Assembly (NCBI RefSeq): GCF_009834535.1
Contig: NC_045696.1
Location: 3,474,001-3,534,000, forward strand
Direction of reading: 5' to 3'
Length of the DNA stretch: 60,000 bases
Origin: Camelus ferus
Taxonomy: Eukaryota
Below the pieces are notes generated by a model. The model was given only the letters and a program-made list of their open reading frames with translations. It made no database searches and had not been told where the DNA came from. Made by a program: the position numbers and the translations under genes. Below, piece by piece: positions 38,550-52,454 of the stretch (position 1 is the first letter of the stretch; the number at the start of each line of letters is the position of its first letter).

Positions 38550-38629
38550 ACAGCAAGATTTCAGAAGGATCAGGCCCGTGCAACCTTGAGTCTTGACATC
38601 CTTTTTTTAACATTACATTCACCAACTCT

Positions 38630-38970
38630 CTTTTTTTATTGGAGTATAGTCGATTTGCAATGTTGTGTTAGTTTCTGGTGTACAGAATGGTGATTCAGTT
38701 ATACATATACATATGTATGTTCCCTTTCATATTCTTTTTCATTATAAGCTATTACAAGGCATTGAATATCAGTCCCTGTGCTATACAGTGTGTATTTTAT
38801 ACATAGCAGTTAGCATCTGCAGATACCCCACCTTCTCCCTCCCCGGTAACCGTAAGTTTGTTTCTATATCTGTCAGTCTGTTTCTGTTTTATAAATAAGC
38901 TCAACTGTGTCATTTTTTAAGATTCCACGTAGAAGTGATATCACATGGTATTTTTCTTTCTTTTTCTGGC
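38630..38970 (-). mobile_element. Younger L1 3' end
   Basis: ttattggagtatagtcgattt...gtttctggtgtacag...tccctgtgctatacag...ggtaaccgtaagtttgttt. Confidence 0.85.
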
Positions 38971-39029
38971 TCCACAAGTCTTCGCACCTTTGGAAGGAGA
39001 GCTTGCTCTGTATCCTTCATGTTTTTCTC

Positions 39030-39920
39030 TTCAGGATGAATGTATTGATACATTGTACACACGATAAAATTCACTCATTTTGCAGTATATGCATATATCC
39101 AATATTATGTTCTACACCTGAAATTAACACGGTGATAAACGTCAATTACAGCTGAAGCTAATATGATGTGTTATGTCAGTTATATCGCAATAAAAACGTT
39201 CATCCTTTTCCAGCGTGCCACTCATAAGTGTTGACAACACAGCCAGCCACGTTACCACCACCACGGTCAAGGCAGAGAGCCTTCCCATCACCCCAGAGTT
39301 CCCTCACATCCCCCCACCCTCAGCACCCCCGAGTTATGTCCCTATATTTTTGCCTTTTCCAGAAAGTCATATAAATAGACTCATACAGGATGTAGCTTTC
39401 ACTGTCTGGCTTCTTTCATGAGCATAATGCTTTTGAGGTCATAGTGTCCCGGGGTTGGTGACTGTTTACTGCTCAGTCATGTTCCATTGTATGATGTGCC
39501 ACTGCTTCTTTACCCAATGCCAGCTAATGTCCCATTTGGGTTGTCCCCAGGTGAGGGGATAAGGTGCTAGATGCTTCCTTTTCCCTTGGGTAAACACCTG
39601 GGAATGGCATGGATGGGTCCCTGAGGAAAGCAAATGCTTAACTGCAGAAGAAAGTGCCAAATTGTTTTCCAAAGTGGCGGGACCACTCCACACCCCCACC
39701 AGCTCTGTGTGAGTCCCAGTTGCTCTGCATCCTGCTGACGCTGATCCTGTCACTATTTTTCATCTCATTCTAATGGTGTGAGGTGGTATCTCATTACCTT
39801 ACTGTTCATTTCTCTAATGACTAAAGGTGTTGAGCATCTTTTCATGCGTTTATTTGGGACCTATATCTCTTCTTTGTTGTCTGCTCAGCCCATTTTTAGA
39901 AATGGAAGCTCTATGTTTTC
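39030..39920 (-). mobile_element. Ancient L1M fragments
   Basis: ttgccttttccagaaagtcatataaat...tctggcttctttca...gccaaattgttttccaaagtgg...gaggtggtatctcatt...gttgagcatcttttcatg. Confidence 0.75.
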
Positions 39921-40629
39921 TGATTCCAGTTGCTAATGTGTGGCAGGGTGGGGCACACATGGGAGGCATTTCAACCTGTCAGTTCTAGTCATTTTCCTTC
40001 ATGTCACCTCTGTGATTCCCAGAGCAGCCCTGAAACTCTAGAGGACATGTGTAGTCATCCCGGGAAGGCTCCTCAGGATAAAGATCCCAGTGTCCGGGCA
40101 GGTGGACCACTTGTGAGTACGTGAAGTCCTCCCCTGGACGCTGGGGACAGCTCAGTAGAGTGCTCTCAGCTCTTTATTCTCATGCTCTCTTGAGGGGAGG
40201 GAAGTGTGGAGACCACGGAGTTGGTGCATTTAGAATCCCTGGAACCTTCACTTGCCTGGTGCTGAGCCCTCAGGGTGGCCGGATTTGGGCTGGTCTTAAC
40301 CAAGTTCCTAAGGCAGTGAAGGCCACAGGGGCCCTGTGGCAAGGCCACCCTGAGGCTCTGGATGGGAAGGGCAGGGCTGGACCCATAATGGACCACTACA
40401 GGCCCCTGGAACCACATACAGGCTCCCAGAATGAAAGCCGCATGCCCTGCTGCATCTGGGCTCTCATCCACATTTGCCACGGCTGCTACCCTCCACCAAT
40501 GTCATTGTCTCCCCTGTGCTCAGTCTGTGCGGCCTCCTAGCTTCAGCCTGCAGTGACCCCCAGGCTCCTCCTGCTCCCCACCACCACCATGCAGCCTGGC
40601 TCCTGTTGTCCCCACCTGATGCTCTGGGG

Positions 40630-40790
40630 CCCTCTCCAGCCAGGGGACATTGGGAAACATCTGGAGATGTTTTTGGTGGTCAGAACTGGAGGGGTTGCTC
40701 CTGACATCTCATGGGTGTAGGACCAGGGATGCTGTTCAACTTCCTACAATGCACAGGACAGCCCCCACACCCAGGAATGACTCAACAGCC
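40630..40790. mobile_element. MER20 hAT-Charlie relic
   Basis: ccaggggacatt...tctggagatgtttttggt...ccagggatgctg...cctacaatgcacaggacagccccc. Confidence 0.8.
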
Positions 40791-41262
40791 CCGTAGCACG
40801 TTCCTGCTCAGATCTGTCAGGCATCCAGCCTGTTACAGATGTGTCCAGTGCACTGGCCCGTCATTGGCACGTGTGGCCCCTTAGACCACTGTAGGGCTTA
40901 GGAACTACCATGTTATCGTTAATTATCATTAATTCCATTGTATTTTCATCCTCATCAGGGAAAAAACAGTAAGGAAAAAGACAAAGATAAATGAAGAAGC
41001 ATGAGTAATGTCCACACCCGGTCATTTGGACTTGGACGTGGGGGGGACTGAAGACATGATGCTCATTGATGACACAGCGTTACAGCCACTGCATCCGTCT
41101 CGCAGAGTCGTCACGTCCAAGGTCTGGAAACCAACGTGTCATCATTTCCAACAGTGTGGCTTGTTTATTCTCATTCTCGCTTGGTTCGTTTTAATTGGGA
41201 AGCTTACAAAAACTTAACTCGTCTTTAAAAAGAAAACTCAGTTAAAAACTAGCTGAGTCATA

Positions 41263-41681
41263 CGTGATGGTTCATTTTATGCGTCAGCTTGGCGAGGCTC
41301 TGGTACCCAGATGTTCCATCAAACATTATTCTAGATGTTTCTGAGAAGGTATTTCTGAGATGAGCTTAACATTTACTCAGTAGACTTTTGAATAAAGCAG
41401 CTTGCCTTCTGTATTTGGGGAAGGGGCGGGGTGTGTCTCATCCAATCAGTTGAAGACGAAACAGACTGACTCCCCCCCAGGGAAGAGAATTTTGACTTGG
41501 ACTCACACTGCAGCTCTTTCCTGAGTCCCTGGTCTGCCGGTTCATCCTGCAGATTTTGGGTTTGCCAGCACCCATAATTGTGTCAGATAGTTCCTCAGAA
41601 CGAGTATTTCTCTCTCAAACACACACAGTCACCCTGTTGGTTGGTGGTATCAGTAATGTTTCTCTGGAGAACCCTCACACA
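41263..41681 (+). mobile_element. ERVL LTR (MLT2)
   Basis: gtgatggttcattttatgcgtcagcttgg...catccaatcagttgaag...tgtttctctggagaaccct. Confidence 0.85.
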
Positions 41682-41779
41682 CTGTATTTATTGTTTCCCT
41701 TGCAAAACGGCACTCGTTTGACATTTTTAAATGGCTGACACCCCTTAGTCACACGACCTTGGCCAGTTTCCCCTGCACA

Positions 41780-42130
41780 AAGACGCCGAACGGCATCGCG
41801 CCCTGGGAGACCGCGCCGGCTGGCCGCCGGAGCAGCGGCGCTGGGAACCGCCGGCCGGGCCCCCCGGCGCGGGGACAACGCGCTCGCGGCTCCGCCAGAC
41901 CCGGCCGCAAGCAAGACACCAGCGGAAGCTCAGCCGGCGGGCGCCTGCCGCCCGCGTGCGCTGTGGGGAGCCACCTGGATCTGATGCGGGAAACGGGAGG
42001 TTGAGAGGAGAAAGGAGCTCAGGGCAAGTTCACGCCGGAAAAAGCCGGACCAGAGTTAGAGGACACGTGCGGTGGCGCTCGGGCGCGCGGCTCCCGCCAC
42101 CTGCTCCTGACCGGTGCGTCCGAGGAGGTG
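41780..42130. other. Small CpG-rich cluster
   Basis: ccgcgccggctggccgccgg...ccccggcgcgggg...gggcgcgcggctcccgcc. Confidence 0.6.
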
Positions 42131-42468
42131 ATGGGGGCGAGGACCAGGTCCTTATACTCCGTTTTATCTTTCAGAGATCGTAGAATGCAGAGGGATGCAA
42201 TGAATATTTGAAGAATGAACAAGAGTGAATCCCATAAAGTCAAAATACAGGAAGTTTCTGTGCACGTACAGGCGGTTTAATTTCTGTGCTCCGCGGGACT
42301 GTTAATGAAGCTTCACACGGGAGCAGCCGGCCCGCAGCATCCGCTCTAACACACGCCTCAGGGGTTGCCCAAGGCTCACTTGTGAAATACATTTTTAAAA
42401 ACTTTTTATTTCAAGTGCCTGAAGAGAAAATATTCCCCACACTTTTTAGACGTTTTCACAAGAGGCAG

Positions 42469-42898
42469 TGTTGGGGGCTGAATTGTGTCCCCATCTCCCA
42501 AAGATATGTTGAAGTCCTGACCCCAGTACCCGTGAATGTGACCTTATTTGGAAGCAGGGTCTTTGCAGATGTCATCAAGTTAAGATGAGGTCATCCTGGA
42601 GCGAGGTGGTCTCTAATCTAATGACTGGCAGCATAGGACAGAGAGAGACAGAGATGAAGACACAGAAGGGACACAGGGAGAAGGAAGTGTGACATGAGGG
42701 GCAGAGATGGGAGTGTTGTGTCTATAAGCCAAGGAGAGTCCAGAATGGTGGCCACCCCAGAGCCGGGAGACTCCCCTAGAGTCTTCAGAGGGGCACGGCC
42801 TGCGGCCTCCTTGATTTTGGGCCTCTGGCCCCGAACTGTGAGAGCAGAAAGTCCTCTCGTTTAGGCCGCCCGCTCTGCGGCACTATAGAACGCGTACA
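42469..42898 (+). mobile_element. MLT1C-like LTR
   Basis: gctgaattgtgtcccc...gtgaatgtgaccttatttggaagcagggtctttgcagatg. Confidence 0.85.
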
Positions 42899-42999
42899 GG
42901 GAAGCCAGCACAGAACAGGGCTATGCCCTGAGAGCAAGCACCAGTGCTGAACTGAACAGGAAACGTAAATTCTGAAACACGTAACTCGTCCTCTGAGGA

Positions 43000-43186
43000 G
43001 CTTACGTCAGGCTGGGCACCTGTTCACTGTCTAACACTTGAGTCTTGTTAACTCAGCCCTTCAACAACTCTGGGGAGACCAAGGAACAGAGAGGTTAAGT
43101 ATCTCACTCATGGTCACACAGCTCATCCTTGGCAGGGTTGGGATTTGACTCAGTTTGGACCCAGAGCCTCATTTTCCAGCACTACT
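43000..43186 (-). mobile_element. MIR SINE fragment
   Basis: cagagaggttaagt...tggtcacacagct...gggatttgactcag. Confidence 0.7.
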
Positions 43187-43195
43187 GGTTCTTCC

Positions 43196-43628
43196 TGTAT
43201 TTGTTTCCTGGGGTCACTCTAACAAGCTCAAACTTCATGGCTTAAAACCACAGAAAGGTATTTTCTCACAGTTCTGGAGGCCAGAAGTCCAAAAATCAAG
43301 GTGTTGGCAGGACTGCACCCTCTGAAGACTCTAGGGAAGACTCCCTCCGTGTCTCTCCCCGCTCCTGCCAGCAGGCCTCGGCTCTCCTTGGCTCGTGGCT
43401 GCCTCCCTAATCTCTGCCTATGTCTTCCCACGGCTCCTCCCCCCACATCTGTATGTCTCCAAATTGCTCTCATCTCATAAAGACACCAGTCATTGGACTG
43501 AGGGCCCACTCTACTCCAAGATGACCTCGACTTAACTTGATTACATCTGCAAAGACCCCATTTCCAAATAAGGTCATGTTCACAAGTTCAGAGGTTAGGA
43601 ATATCTGGGGACACAGTTCCACTCACTC
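43196..43628 (-). mobile_element. MLT1C-like LTR
   Basis: tctcacagttctggaggccagaagtcc...aatcaaggtgttggcagg...ttacatctgcaaagaccccatttccaaataaggtca. Confidence 0.85.
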
Positions 43629-46600
43629 CCTGCTCAAAGCTGCTCCTGGGGATGTGGTGTCCTCTGGGCCAGCGTGAAGGAGGCAGGAAGCAGAGCAGGA
43701 CCCCAGGACCCCCCAGGGCCAAGCCCCGGCTGCTCTCTGGGGACCTGAGAAATCACCTGTACACACGTGCAGGGGAAACAGAGGTCTCAAAAAACAGGCC
43801 ACTCGCCTCTGCACAGCTCTGGGTAGAGCTCTTCCATTTCTGCATCTGAGCCCCTGGATCTGGAAGCATCCTCTCCGCAGGGCTGTGGTTTCCAAGGTTA
43901 TTCCCCGTGAGACACCTTGCAGCCATCACAATGCCAGGACTTGAAAGTGAGTCAGCCGCATCACGGGGGTGTGAACTCACGCACCTGGCTACTATTCAGC
44001 TACTACGTCCAGTCACCACGCAGGACCATGAAAGACTCCAGGTTGGACCTGACAGCACACACTCTGCCCTTCTTTTCCACCCTGGCCCCCACCCAATCCC
44101 CGCCTTCCCAGCCCCGCCTCCCGCACCTTCAACCGACCCCCCCAACCCTCGAGAGCTTCCTACTCTGTCCAGTCCCTGCTCCACGCGTGCCTGCTCTCGG
44201 CTACCCCTGGACATGGGACCAGACTGCCCTCTACATCTGTGACCATGGGACCCAGCCTTGCCTGGTCCTGCCCACAGCCATCAGAACTTATGACCATCTC
44301 CCAAGCTCCGTCCACGTCCCCCAGGCCAATCTACCCTTGGCCCCATCTTCCCCTCCACCTGCATATCCCACCACTCCTCCTTGCTCTTCATCCCTCATCT
44401 GGTCTCAGAGACCAAGGAGCTCCTCTACCTGCCAGGCATGGCACTAAACCCTGGGGCTGCAGGCAGGAAGAAAATGTGCGGGGACAGGTGAGAAGATACC
44501 TGTGATTGCCTCCAAGCGATACGTGTTGTGCCGGGTGTGCTGATGAATCCCAATGGAACAACAAGGGAAAACTACTTAGTTCTGTGCAGAAATCAAGGAG
44601 GGCTCCCCAGAGGAGGTGACACCAGATTGAGTCTGGGAGGATGAGGAAGAGCCAACTAAGCATTAAGTGGGAGAAGGACATTGCAGGGGGAAGGAAGGAA
44701 GAGACACCAGCTGTGTGAGCTACCTGAGCTGCCGTTAGCTCTACCTGGTGACAACTCGACCTGCCTGCGGGCCTCAGAGCCCAGAGACACAGGCCTGGGC
44801 TGCGAAGGTCCAGAGACAGCAGGACGTTCCTAACTCCCCCTGTTGAAGCCCCACCCCACCTTGAGGTTCTTCTCGTGGGCTGCTTGTTCCTGGTCCTCTC
44901 CTCCCAGATGCCGCCGCCCCCCCCCCCTTTGGACCCAGAGACCCCGTAGCTCGGGGCTGCTCTCTGGGATCAGCCTCCCAGGGCCCTTGTGGGCTCACTG
45001 CAAGCCGGGCTGGGACCTTAGGCCCACCGTGGCAGTCCCACGCGGTGCCGGGCCCTCAGCTCAGGCTTGTGTCAATGCGTGGGACCCAGCTTGGGGATAG
45101 GGAGGCGGGGGACACAGGGGCTCGTTGCGTGGCAACAACACCCCACCCTTCCCCAGCCCAGCCAGACCTGGTGGTACCTATTATGACATAGCATTCCTCC
45201 AGCTACCTACAGGTGCCTGTACTTTGTCCTTGTAATCCGCCCTGTGTAAAATGCTGGGGTGGGGGCTACACCCTGCACTGTCCTGGGGGCCCCTTCACCT
45301 CAGTGACTGATGACCCTGGAGGACCTTCTCCCCCAGTTGATGAACCAGCCCCAATCCCAGGGTTCCAGAACCTGCCCGTTCACCTGTCCCCAAGGCCCTG
45401 AGACCAACCTTCCACACTTGCGGGCCCCACTCAGCTGCACCCCTTTTGGGAGGCCCTGGCTTGGGTCTCTTGTCCTCCAACTGCATCGTTCTTCAAACCC
45501 GAGACTGTCTGCAGACCCGGGTGCATCCGCCCGCGTTGTCAGGTGAACACTGGCATCCGCCACATGCCCCTGATTTCCCAGGGCACTCACGACCTCACTA
45601 GTCCCTCTCCATTGTAAAAAGTCACACTTCCCATCCATTGCTTCTTTTTGCATTCAAACAGCATGGCCTGGACTTCCGCATGCCCTGGGAAGCCACCCAC
45701 CCAGACCATGGCAGGACTTGTGCCTCAAGAACAGGTTTAAAAGCACCATCGACAGACAACTAAGCCCTTCTTAGCATGTGTGTAATACAGCTGAGCCCTC
45801 CCCATCTGAGACAAAAGCTCCTCCCTGGATGGACTGTGCCACAGAGGGTTAACTCCAGGACTGATAAATGCAGCCATAGCCAAGACTCGACAGGCAGGAA
45901 CGGTGGGCTGCGGGGCAGCGTCGAGTGGAGCTAAAAGCTTGCAGGAGGGCATGAAGAAGGAAAGTGAAGGACGGGGAGCAGCGATCGTGGGTTGGGCCCT
46001 AGGGAACACCCGGTCCCAAGCCTGAAACCAGGCCAGGCTCCACCCTTCCTCCCCAACCGGCAAAGCCGGTGAGTCACCGTGCCCTAGAATCTCCCTCCTG
46101 GAACCTGGCATCAGTTACCACTGCTGCTGTCTTCTTCCAGGCTCTTTCCATTTCTCGTGGCAAACACTGCAGAAGAGCCCCAGCTTCTTGCCTCTTCCCT
46201 CACCTCCCATCCTCCGCGGAACACCTAGGCTCACAAGCTGGATGTGTCTCTCCCGATGGTAAAACTTCACCTTGGGTCCTTGTCGCCCGAGGGAAGACCA
46301 GGCCCCTGGGCACGTGCTCACAGAGCCCCTATCCCGACCAGGCTCCGCCCTCCCACTCCTGGGCCCTGCTGGGTCCACACAAGCGCCGTGTAGACCATGT
46401 GACGGCAGGGGCTTTGCTTACTGATAGGGCCTGAGGGTTAGAGCAGCGCCCAGATGTAGGAGGCACAGAAGAATGAATGAATGAAGACAAGTGACCGCTG
46501 GGCTTGGTCACACGGAGGTGACCTTGGCAAGTGGTGGAGACTGAGGAAGACTGGAGCAGACTGAGGAGTGCCCGGAGGGGAGGGGTGTGAAACAGAGATG

Positions 46601-48164
46601 GGGGCACAGACACCTTTCAAGGGTCGCTATCACACTATTTTGTGCTGATGACCTCAGGTATGCCACTGACCAGTTGAGCTCCTCTACGGCAGGGCCTGAG
46701 CCTTGCACATCTCTGCACCCCACCAGCCAGCAGGGTGCACCCCACGAGCAATACCCTGCAATCCCCCAGCAGCACAGAGCACCGCCACCACTTGGCACAT
46801 GGTCACTAAACACTCATCGAGCACCTGAATAAAGCTGTTGAACAATCAGGTGACAAACGTCACCTTCACTCATAACCCGCCAGCCGTAGCTGGTCACGTG
46901 GTCCTCCCCACTGGCGGGGCAGGACATGTAATTACCATGAGTGCCCTGGGGTGGAGGGGAAGAGACTCAGAAGCACAGGAAGTCCCTGCTCCCCTCTGGA
47001 AGGAGAATCCCATTCCATCCACTGCTAATGGAGGTCCCCTGGGGCCAGGCACCCACCAGCCTGGCAACTTCAAGCTGAGAAGTAAAGGAATCAGGGAAGA
47101 TGTGGGCTCTGCCCTTGCAGAGCTCACAACGTCTGAGCGTAAACCCACATTTCTTTAGGAGAGGAGTGTCCTAGGTCACTCGGAAGGATCAGAGAAGCAA
47201 CACCCAGTGGTGGCCTTTGATGAATGGACTGGAGTTTTCCAGCTCATCTGCTCTGGAGCGAGAGCATGCTGCACTCACACACCTTGTGCCCAAACCGAGG
47301 AACACAGAGGGTCCGTTGCAGGTGCTGTAAGATCCTTCTCAGAGTTCCCACTATTCTGTGTAAAACCATCTGGGTCATTACTGTATTGCAGAACCCAGAA
47401 AAGAATTTCCTGATTGTCCACGAATCTCCATTTCCCCTGTCATTACAACTCTGTTCTCAAATTTATAATTACTGTAATTCAGGAACAAATTTCACTACCA
47501 AATATGATATTGAGCTCCTAGGGTGAGCCAGAATCAGGGTTACTTCAGTAAAGCATCAGAGGAGTGGTTCTTCCCAGTTTGAGGGATCAGACCCACCCCA
47601 CCTGGCGTGAGTCGCGTTACTCTGAGATCTACCCGGGAGCCAGGCACCACCGCTTGGCCAGTAACTGCTTCTTCAGATCCGGCAACCCTTGTCCTCGGTT
47701 CCGCACAGAGCACATCCAGAAACTTTCCACCTCACCCAAGTTTAATATCTCTCTACTTAGCAACATCTCCTAATGTCCTATTTTTAGATTCGTGTGAATT
47801 TCCTTGCATTTTTCTATGTGTACCAATTTATAGTTTCCCTGGCTTTTGTATTCCCACAATTATTTTCAAACGTGAATATATGTGATTTTGAGCAAATTAC
47901 TTCTATCAGTTTATCATCACACAGGTCTTATCACATCAGGAATTCTGCCTTTATTTCATGACCTTTTTTGTTCGTCTGCATCACTGTTTTTTATCTCACG
48001 CTCAGGACCGTCCCAGACAGCACCTTAGACTGACTCCGTTTCACACTGTGCATACTAGCTGCCCTCAGCATGCTCTCCAGGAACAGTTCCATCTGCACCC
48101 TTCCAGATCTGATGATTTTTGTCTGGAATGGCTTTAAGCTGTTGTCTAAGTGAGGAGTAGAAAT

Positions 48165-48390
48165 AATAACATTAATACCTAATTCTCGTTGAATGCCTGC
48201 TATATGCCAGGCAGTGCTGAGCATTTGACCTTTATTATCTCATTCCACCCTCATCCACGACCTGCGGAGGTGCTGACGGCCACCGCTCCTGTTTCGTGGA
48301 CGCAGGTGGCAGAGGTGATGTAACTTGCCCGGGGCCACCCAGCTATGAAATGAAAGAGCTGACTGTTGCACCCAGGACTGGTGGTCTCAT
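48165..48390 (-). mobile_element. MIR SINE fragment
   Basis: ttgaatgcctgctatatgccaggcagtgctgagc...ttatctcatt...taacttgccc...cacccagcta. Confidence 0.7.
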
Positions 48391-50590
48391 CGCCACACCC
48401 TCAGCCTCTCCTACCCTGCCTCTCAGTGCCCACCTCCATAAGAAGAAAAGGATCAACACCCCATGCATGTGTGTGGCTCCGTCTCAGCCAGACCAGCCAT
48501 GCCTAACAACAGCACTGCAGCTCAAATTTTCTTTCACTGTGATCAGTGACACTTGGCTCATCGTTCCCAATTTCGGAATTAAACCCTGGTTTCTCAGCCA
48601 AAGGAAGGTTCTCATTTCCCTTCATTTATCTTCCAATTGAAGTCAAGTCTCAGACCTGGAGGCGTGTTGATTTCAGTAACATTCTCCACACCAGCTCAGC
48701 TGCGCTTGGCGACATTTTGTGTTTATAATAAACCTGGTGAGGAATCATTGGTACAGTTTTACCTTCTTGTCTCTTTACATTCTTGTACATATTTGGCCCC
48801 AAATATTATCTGACACAGAGACAAACTTATGGTTACCAGTGGGTAAAGGGGGTGGGAAGGGTTAAATTAGGAGCCTGAGATTTGCAGCTTTTGGGGAGTG
48901 ACGGAAATGCTCACTATCTTGACTGTGGTGGTGGTTTCATGGGTGTGGGCATCTATCAAAATTCGTCAAATTGTACATCTGAAATATGTGTAGTTTATTG
49001 TACAGAAATCTTGCCACAATTAAATTGTTTAAAAGAAAATTTTAAAGATTATCTGAGCAGTGAATGCTTTCCTGAAAGTTAGTTTATACCTGCTAAAACA
49101 ATTGATGGTTTCTACTTTAGTGCAATTATCTTGGCCACTTAGATTTTTTTTGGTACCTGAGCCCAAAATAGGCCACTCAGTCTACTGGAAAGTAAAAGGC
49201 AACAACAAAGAAAGCGAGGCCCCGTTTCTTGCAGCACTGAGAGGGGGTTTTAATTTTAATTCAAAATTCTGATAAGCCGGCTTCAAGCCCAGGAGAAAGG
49301 GCACGGCACTTAATTTTGGAATAATTATTACACTGCTGATGGCAGAGTGGTCACTGTATTTTGATAAGCATGTCATGATGATAAAGTCAACCGCTCCAGC
49401 CCACTGATTGCGAGGGGAGAACTGAATCCGAAAAGGAAACCAGATTTCAGAGGGGTGCCCAAGCGTTTTTCACCCTTACCTCCCTATCCCATACTCCAAA
49501 TATCTTATTTTTTTTATTTAGTTGATTTTTGTAAGTCAAAACTTGGGAATACTTCCAAGCGTCCTTTGAGAATTCTGGAGTTACCGCAGCCAACGATACA
49601 TCAAGTGAATTACATGTGCAGTCTTGGGAACAGCTCAGATGGCCTCACTGTGGTTCTCGGTCATTGCTCAGTACCACCTGTCAACTTTCAAAGTGTTGAA
49701 ACGTGGACAATAATTTGCCTACCTTATGAATAAAGTAAGGAAGCACAAAAGGAACACGGCATCTATTATCAGAAGTAGCAATGTCACAGATACCAGGGAA
49801 GCAGACAGTGTATCAAATCAACTGAGTCACATGTTGGGAGGAGGGGCTCTCCAACGGAGAAAACAGATTTAATCATTTGGCCCAGTTTTCATGAGACTGC
49901 TTCATAAGCACACTTCAAGTTCTATAATGCCTTTATCAAGTCTAGTTCTACCACCGCTTTTTTCCTATCAGTGGAGGGGGGAACTACTAAACATGCTTAA
50001 ATGTGTCAAACTTACAGCATAAAACATGCCAAATATCAAAATGATCCTGGGAAATAAGATGAAGTACAGTGAGCACTTTTAAAATCAAATTTAAATGCAC
50101 GTTCATATTTCTGTTTTCAGTTGGGTGAATCACATTCTGGACCAGGGTCAACAAGACTGACTCTCGCCAGAAGGAAAGAGGTAAAGCTCTAACGTCTCCA
50201 AGATTTAAAAAAAAAAAAAAAAAAGGAAAAAGAAACAAAAACCAGTGACATCTTTGATCTTTTGAAAAATGGCTTCAGGGTCAGATCAATGCAGTCAGCA
50301 CTTTTAACCCTCTATTCACTGTGTGCACAGAAACGCACGAAGCTTGAGTTCCAAGTTGGACAAGCGTGCTCAGTTGTTTGGAGTGCCTTGGTGAGAAACA
50401 GCACCATTCCACGGGCAGCTCCACGAAATAAACTGCTGTTTGGAAAGGGCCACCCGACCAGTGCCCTGTGCTGAGTTCATCTTTCTCCCACAACCTGGTG
50501 TCACAGTCTAGAAATCCCCAATGATGGTCAGCTCCCGCCAGCCTGTCCTGGACCCAGCACAAGCTACGTCAGGGGTGAAGCTGGAGCTCC

Positions 50591-51493
50591 CATCTTTTTT
50601 TTAATTGAAGTATAGTCAGTTTACAGTGTTGTGTCCATTTCTGGTGTACAGCATCATGTTTCAGTCATACACATACATACATATATTCCTTTTCATATTC
50701 TTTTTCATTATAGGTCACTACAAGATATTGAATATAGTTCCCTATGCTACACAGTAGGCTTGCTGTTTATCTATTTTATATATAGTAGTTAGTACTTGCA
50801 AATCTCAAACTCCCAATTTATCCCTTCCCTCCCACTTCCTCTCCCCCTCAATAACCGTAAATTTGTTTTCTGTGTCTGTGAGTCTGATTCTGTTTTGTAG
50901 ATGAGTTCATTTGTGTCATTTTTTTAACATTCTACATAAAGTGATATCATATGGTATTTTTCTTTCTCTTTCTGGCTTACTTCACTTAGAATGATGATCT
51001 CCAGGTCCATCCATGTTGCAGCAAATGGCATTACTTTATTCTTTTTATGTCTGAGTAGTATTCCATTGTATAAATATACCACAACTTCTTTATCCAGTCA
51101 TCTGTTGATGGACATTTAGGTTGCTTCCATGTTTGTTTATTGTAAATAGTGCTGCTATGAACACTGGAGTGCATGCGTCTTTTTGAATTAGAGTTCCTTT
51201 CAGATATACGCCCAGGAGTGGGATAGCTGGATCAATAGGGTAAGTCTATTTTTAGTTTTTTGAGGAATCTCCATACTGTTTACCACGATGGCTGCACCAA
51301 ACTACATTCTCATCAACAGTGTAGGAGGGTTCCCTTTTCTCCACACCCTCTCCAGCATTTAAAGTTTTAGACCTGTGATTGATGGCCATTCTGACTGGTA
51401 TGAGGTGATAGCTCATTGTAGTTTTGATTTGTGTTTCTCTGATAATTAGTGATAGTGAGCAGGATTTCATGTGCCTGTTGGCCATCTGAATGT
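50591..51493 (-). mobile_element. Relatively young 5'-truncated L1 with TSD
   Basis: ORF 51252-51485 is L1 ORF2 C-terminal ([31 protein letters not shown]); TSD tgaagctggagctcc (50576-50590) / tgaagctggaactcc (51494-51508). Confidence 0.9.
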
Positions 51494-52454
51494 TGAAGCT
51501 GGAACTCCTTGATTTGTGGCCATTTAAGGGAAGCAGGTAGTGACTGACTCCAGAGCTTTGTTCATTGGACTGAGAGGACAGAGGCTGGCAGGACCACCTC
51601 CAGCCTCAGGCCCTCCCCACATCTGGGTCACTGAGAGAGACAGGACCACCGCACCTAGGGCCCCACAATCCTGAGCACACATGAGTCTCAGGGCCTTTAC
51701 CACCTGGACTGACGGTTCATGTCTGTTTCTTCAGAGAGGATGCCAGTTCCTTGAGGGCAGGGACCGCCTGGTATTCATCTTTGCAGCCGCAGAGCCTGGG
51801 TCACAGCAGCCACATGGATCCTAAAGCTGAAGGCAGAGAGGGGGAAGGAGAGATGGCCCAGAGATGGGCCATCCACATCGCCACGGACGTCCCCCTTACA
51901 GAGTAAGTAGCTTGTCAGCCAACTCACTCGTCAAGCCCTCTGCTTCCTGCCTCCTCGCTTCCCCAGCTGCACACCTTTCTCCCTTCCCGAATCAGCTAAC
52001 CAGAGCTCTGAGCTCTGGATTCACCCCTTTAGGAGAAAAAGAAGATAAAAGGCTGACCAGTTAACAAACCCCTGCAACACATCTGAAATATTTTCAGAGC
52101 AGCTTACTTGAAGGTCTCAGCCTTTGCTGTCAGACCTGGGTCCGCTCCTCCGCGTTCCAGCCTTTACGAGCCTCGTGAGCAGAACAGCTGATTCTCCTAC
52201 AGAGCACGGGGCCCGATCGCAGTGGCAGGCAGACTCTAGTTCCACGGGGGCCACCTTCCTTCGCCCCATGCCCTGGCCTAGGCACATGGATCCATCTTCC
52301 TTGACCCAAGGAACCCCACGGTGTGGCCTTTAAAAGAACCCCCCTCACCATCTCCCATGAGAGCAGCTTACAGAGCGGCACCTGAGAAATCCCAGCTAAA
52401 CGCGGGTTCTGATTGTACATTTCGTAATCAAATACCCAGAATTACAACTGCCAT

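Noticed and set aside
51252..51485. Protein-coding gene
   Set aside because: L1 ORF2 C-terminal remnant in a truncated element; likewise 35549-35845.
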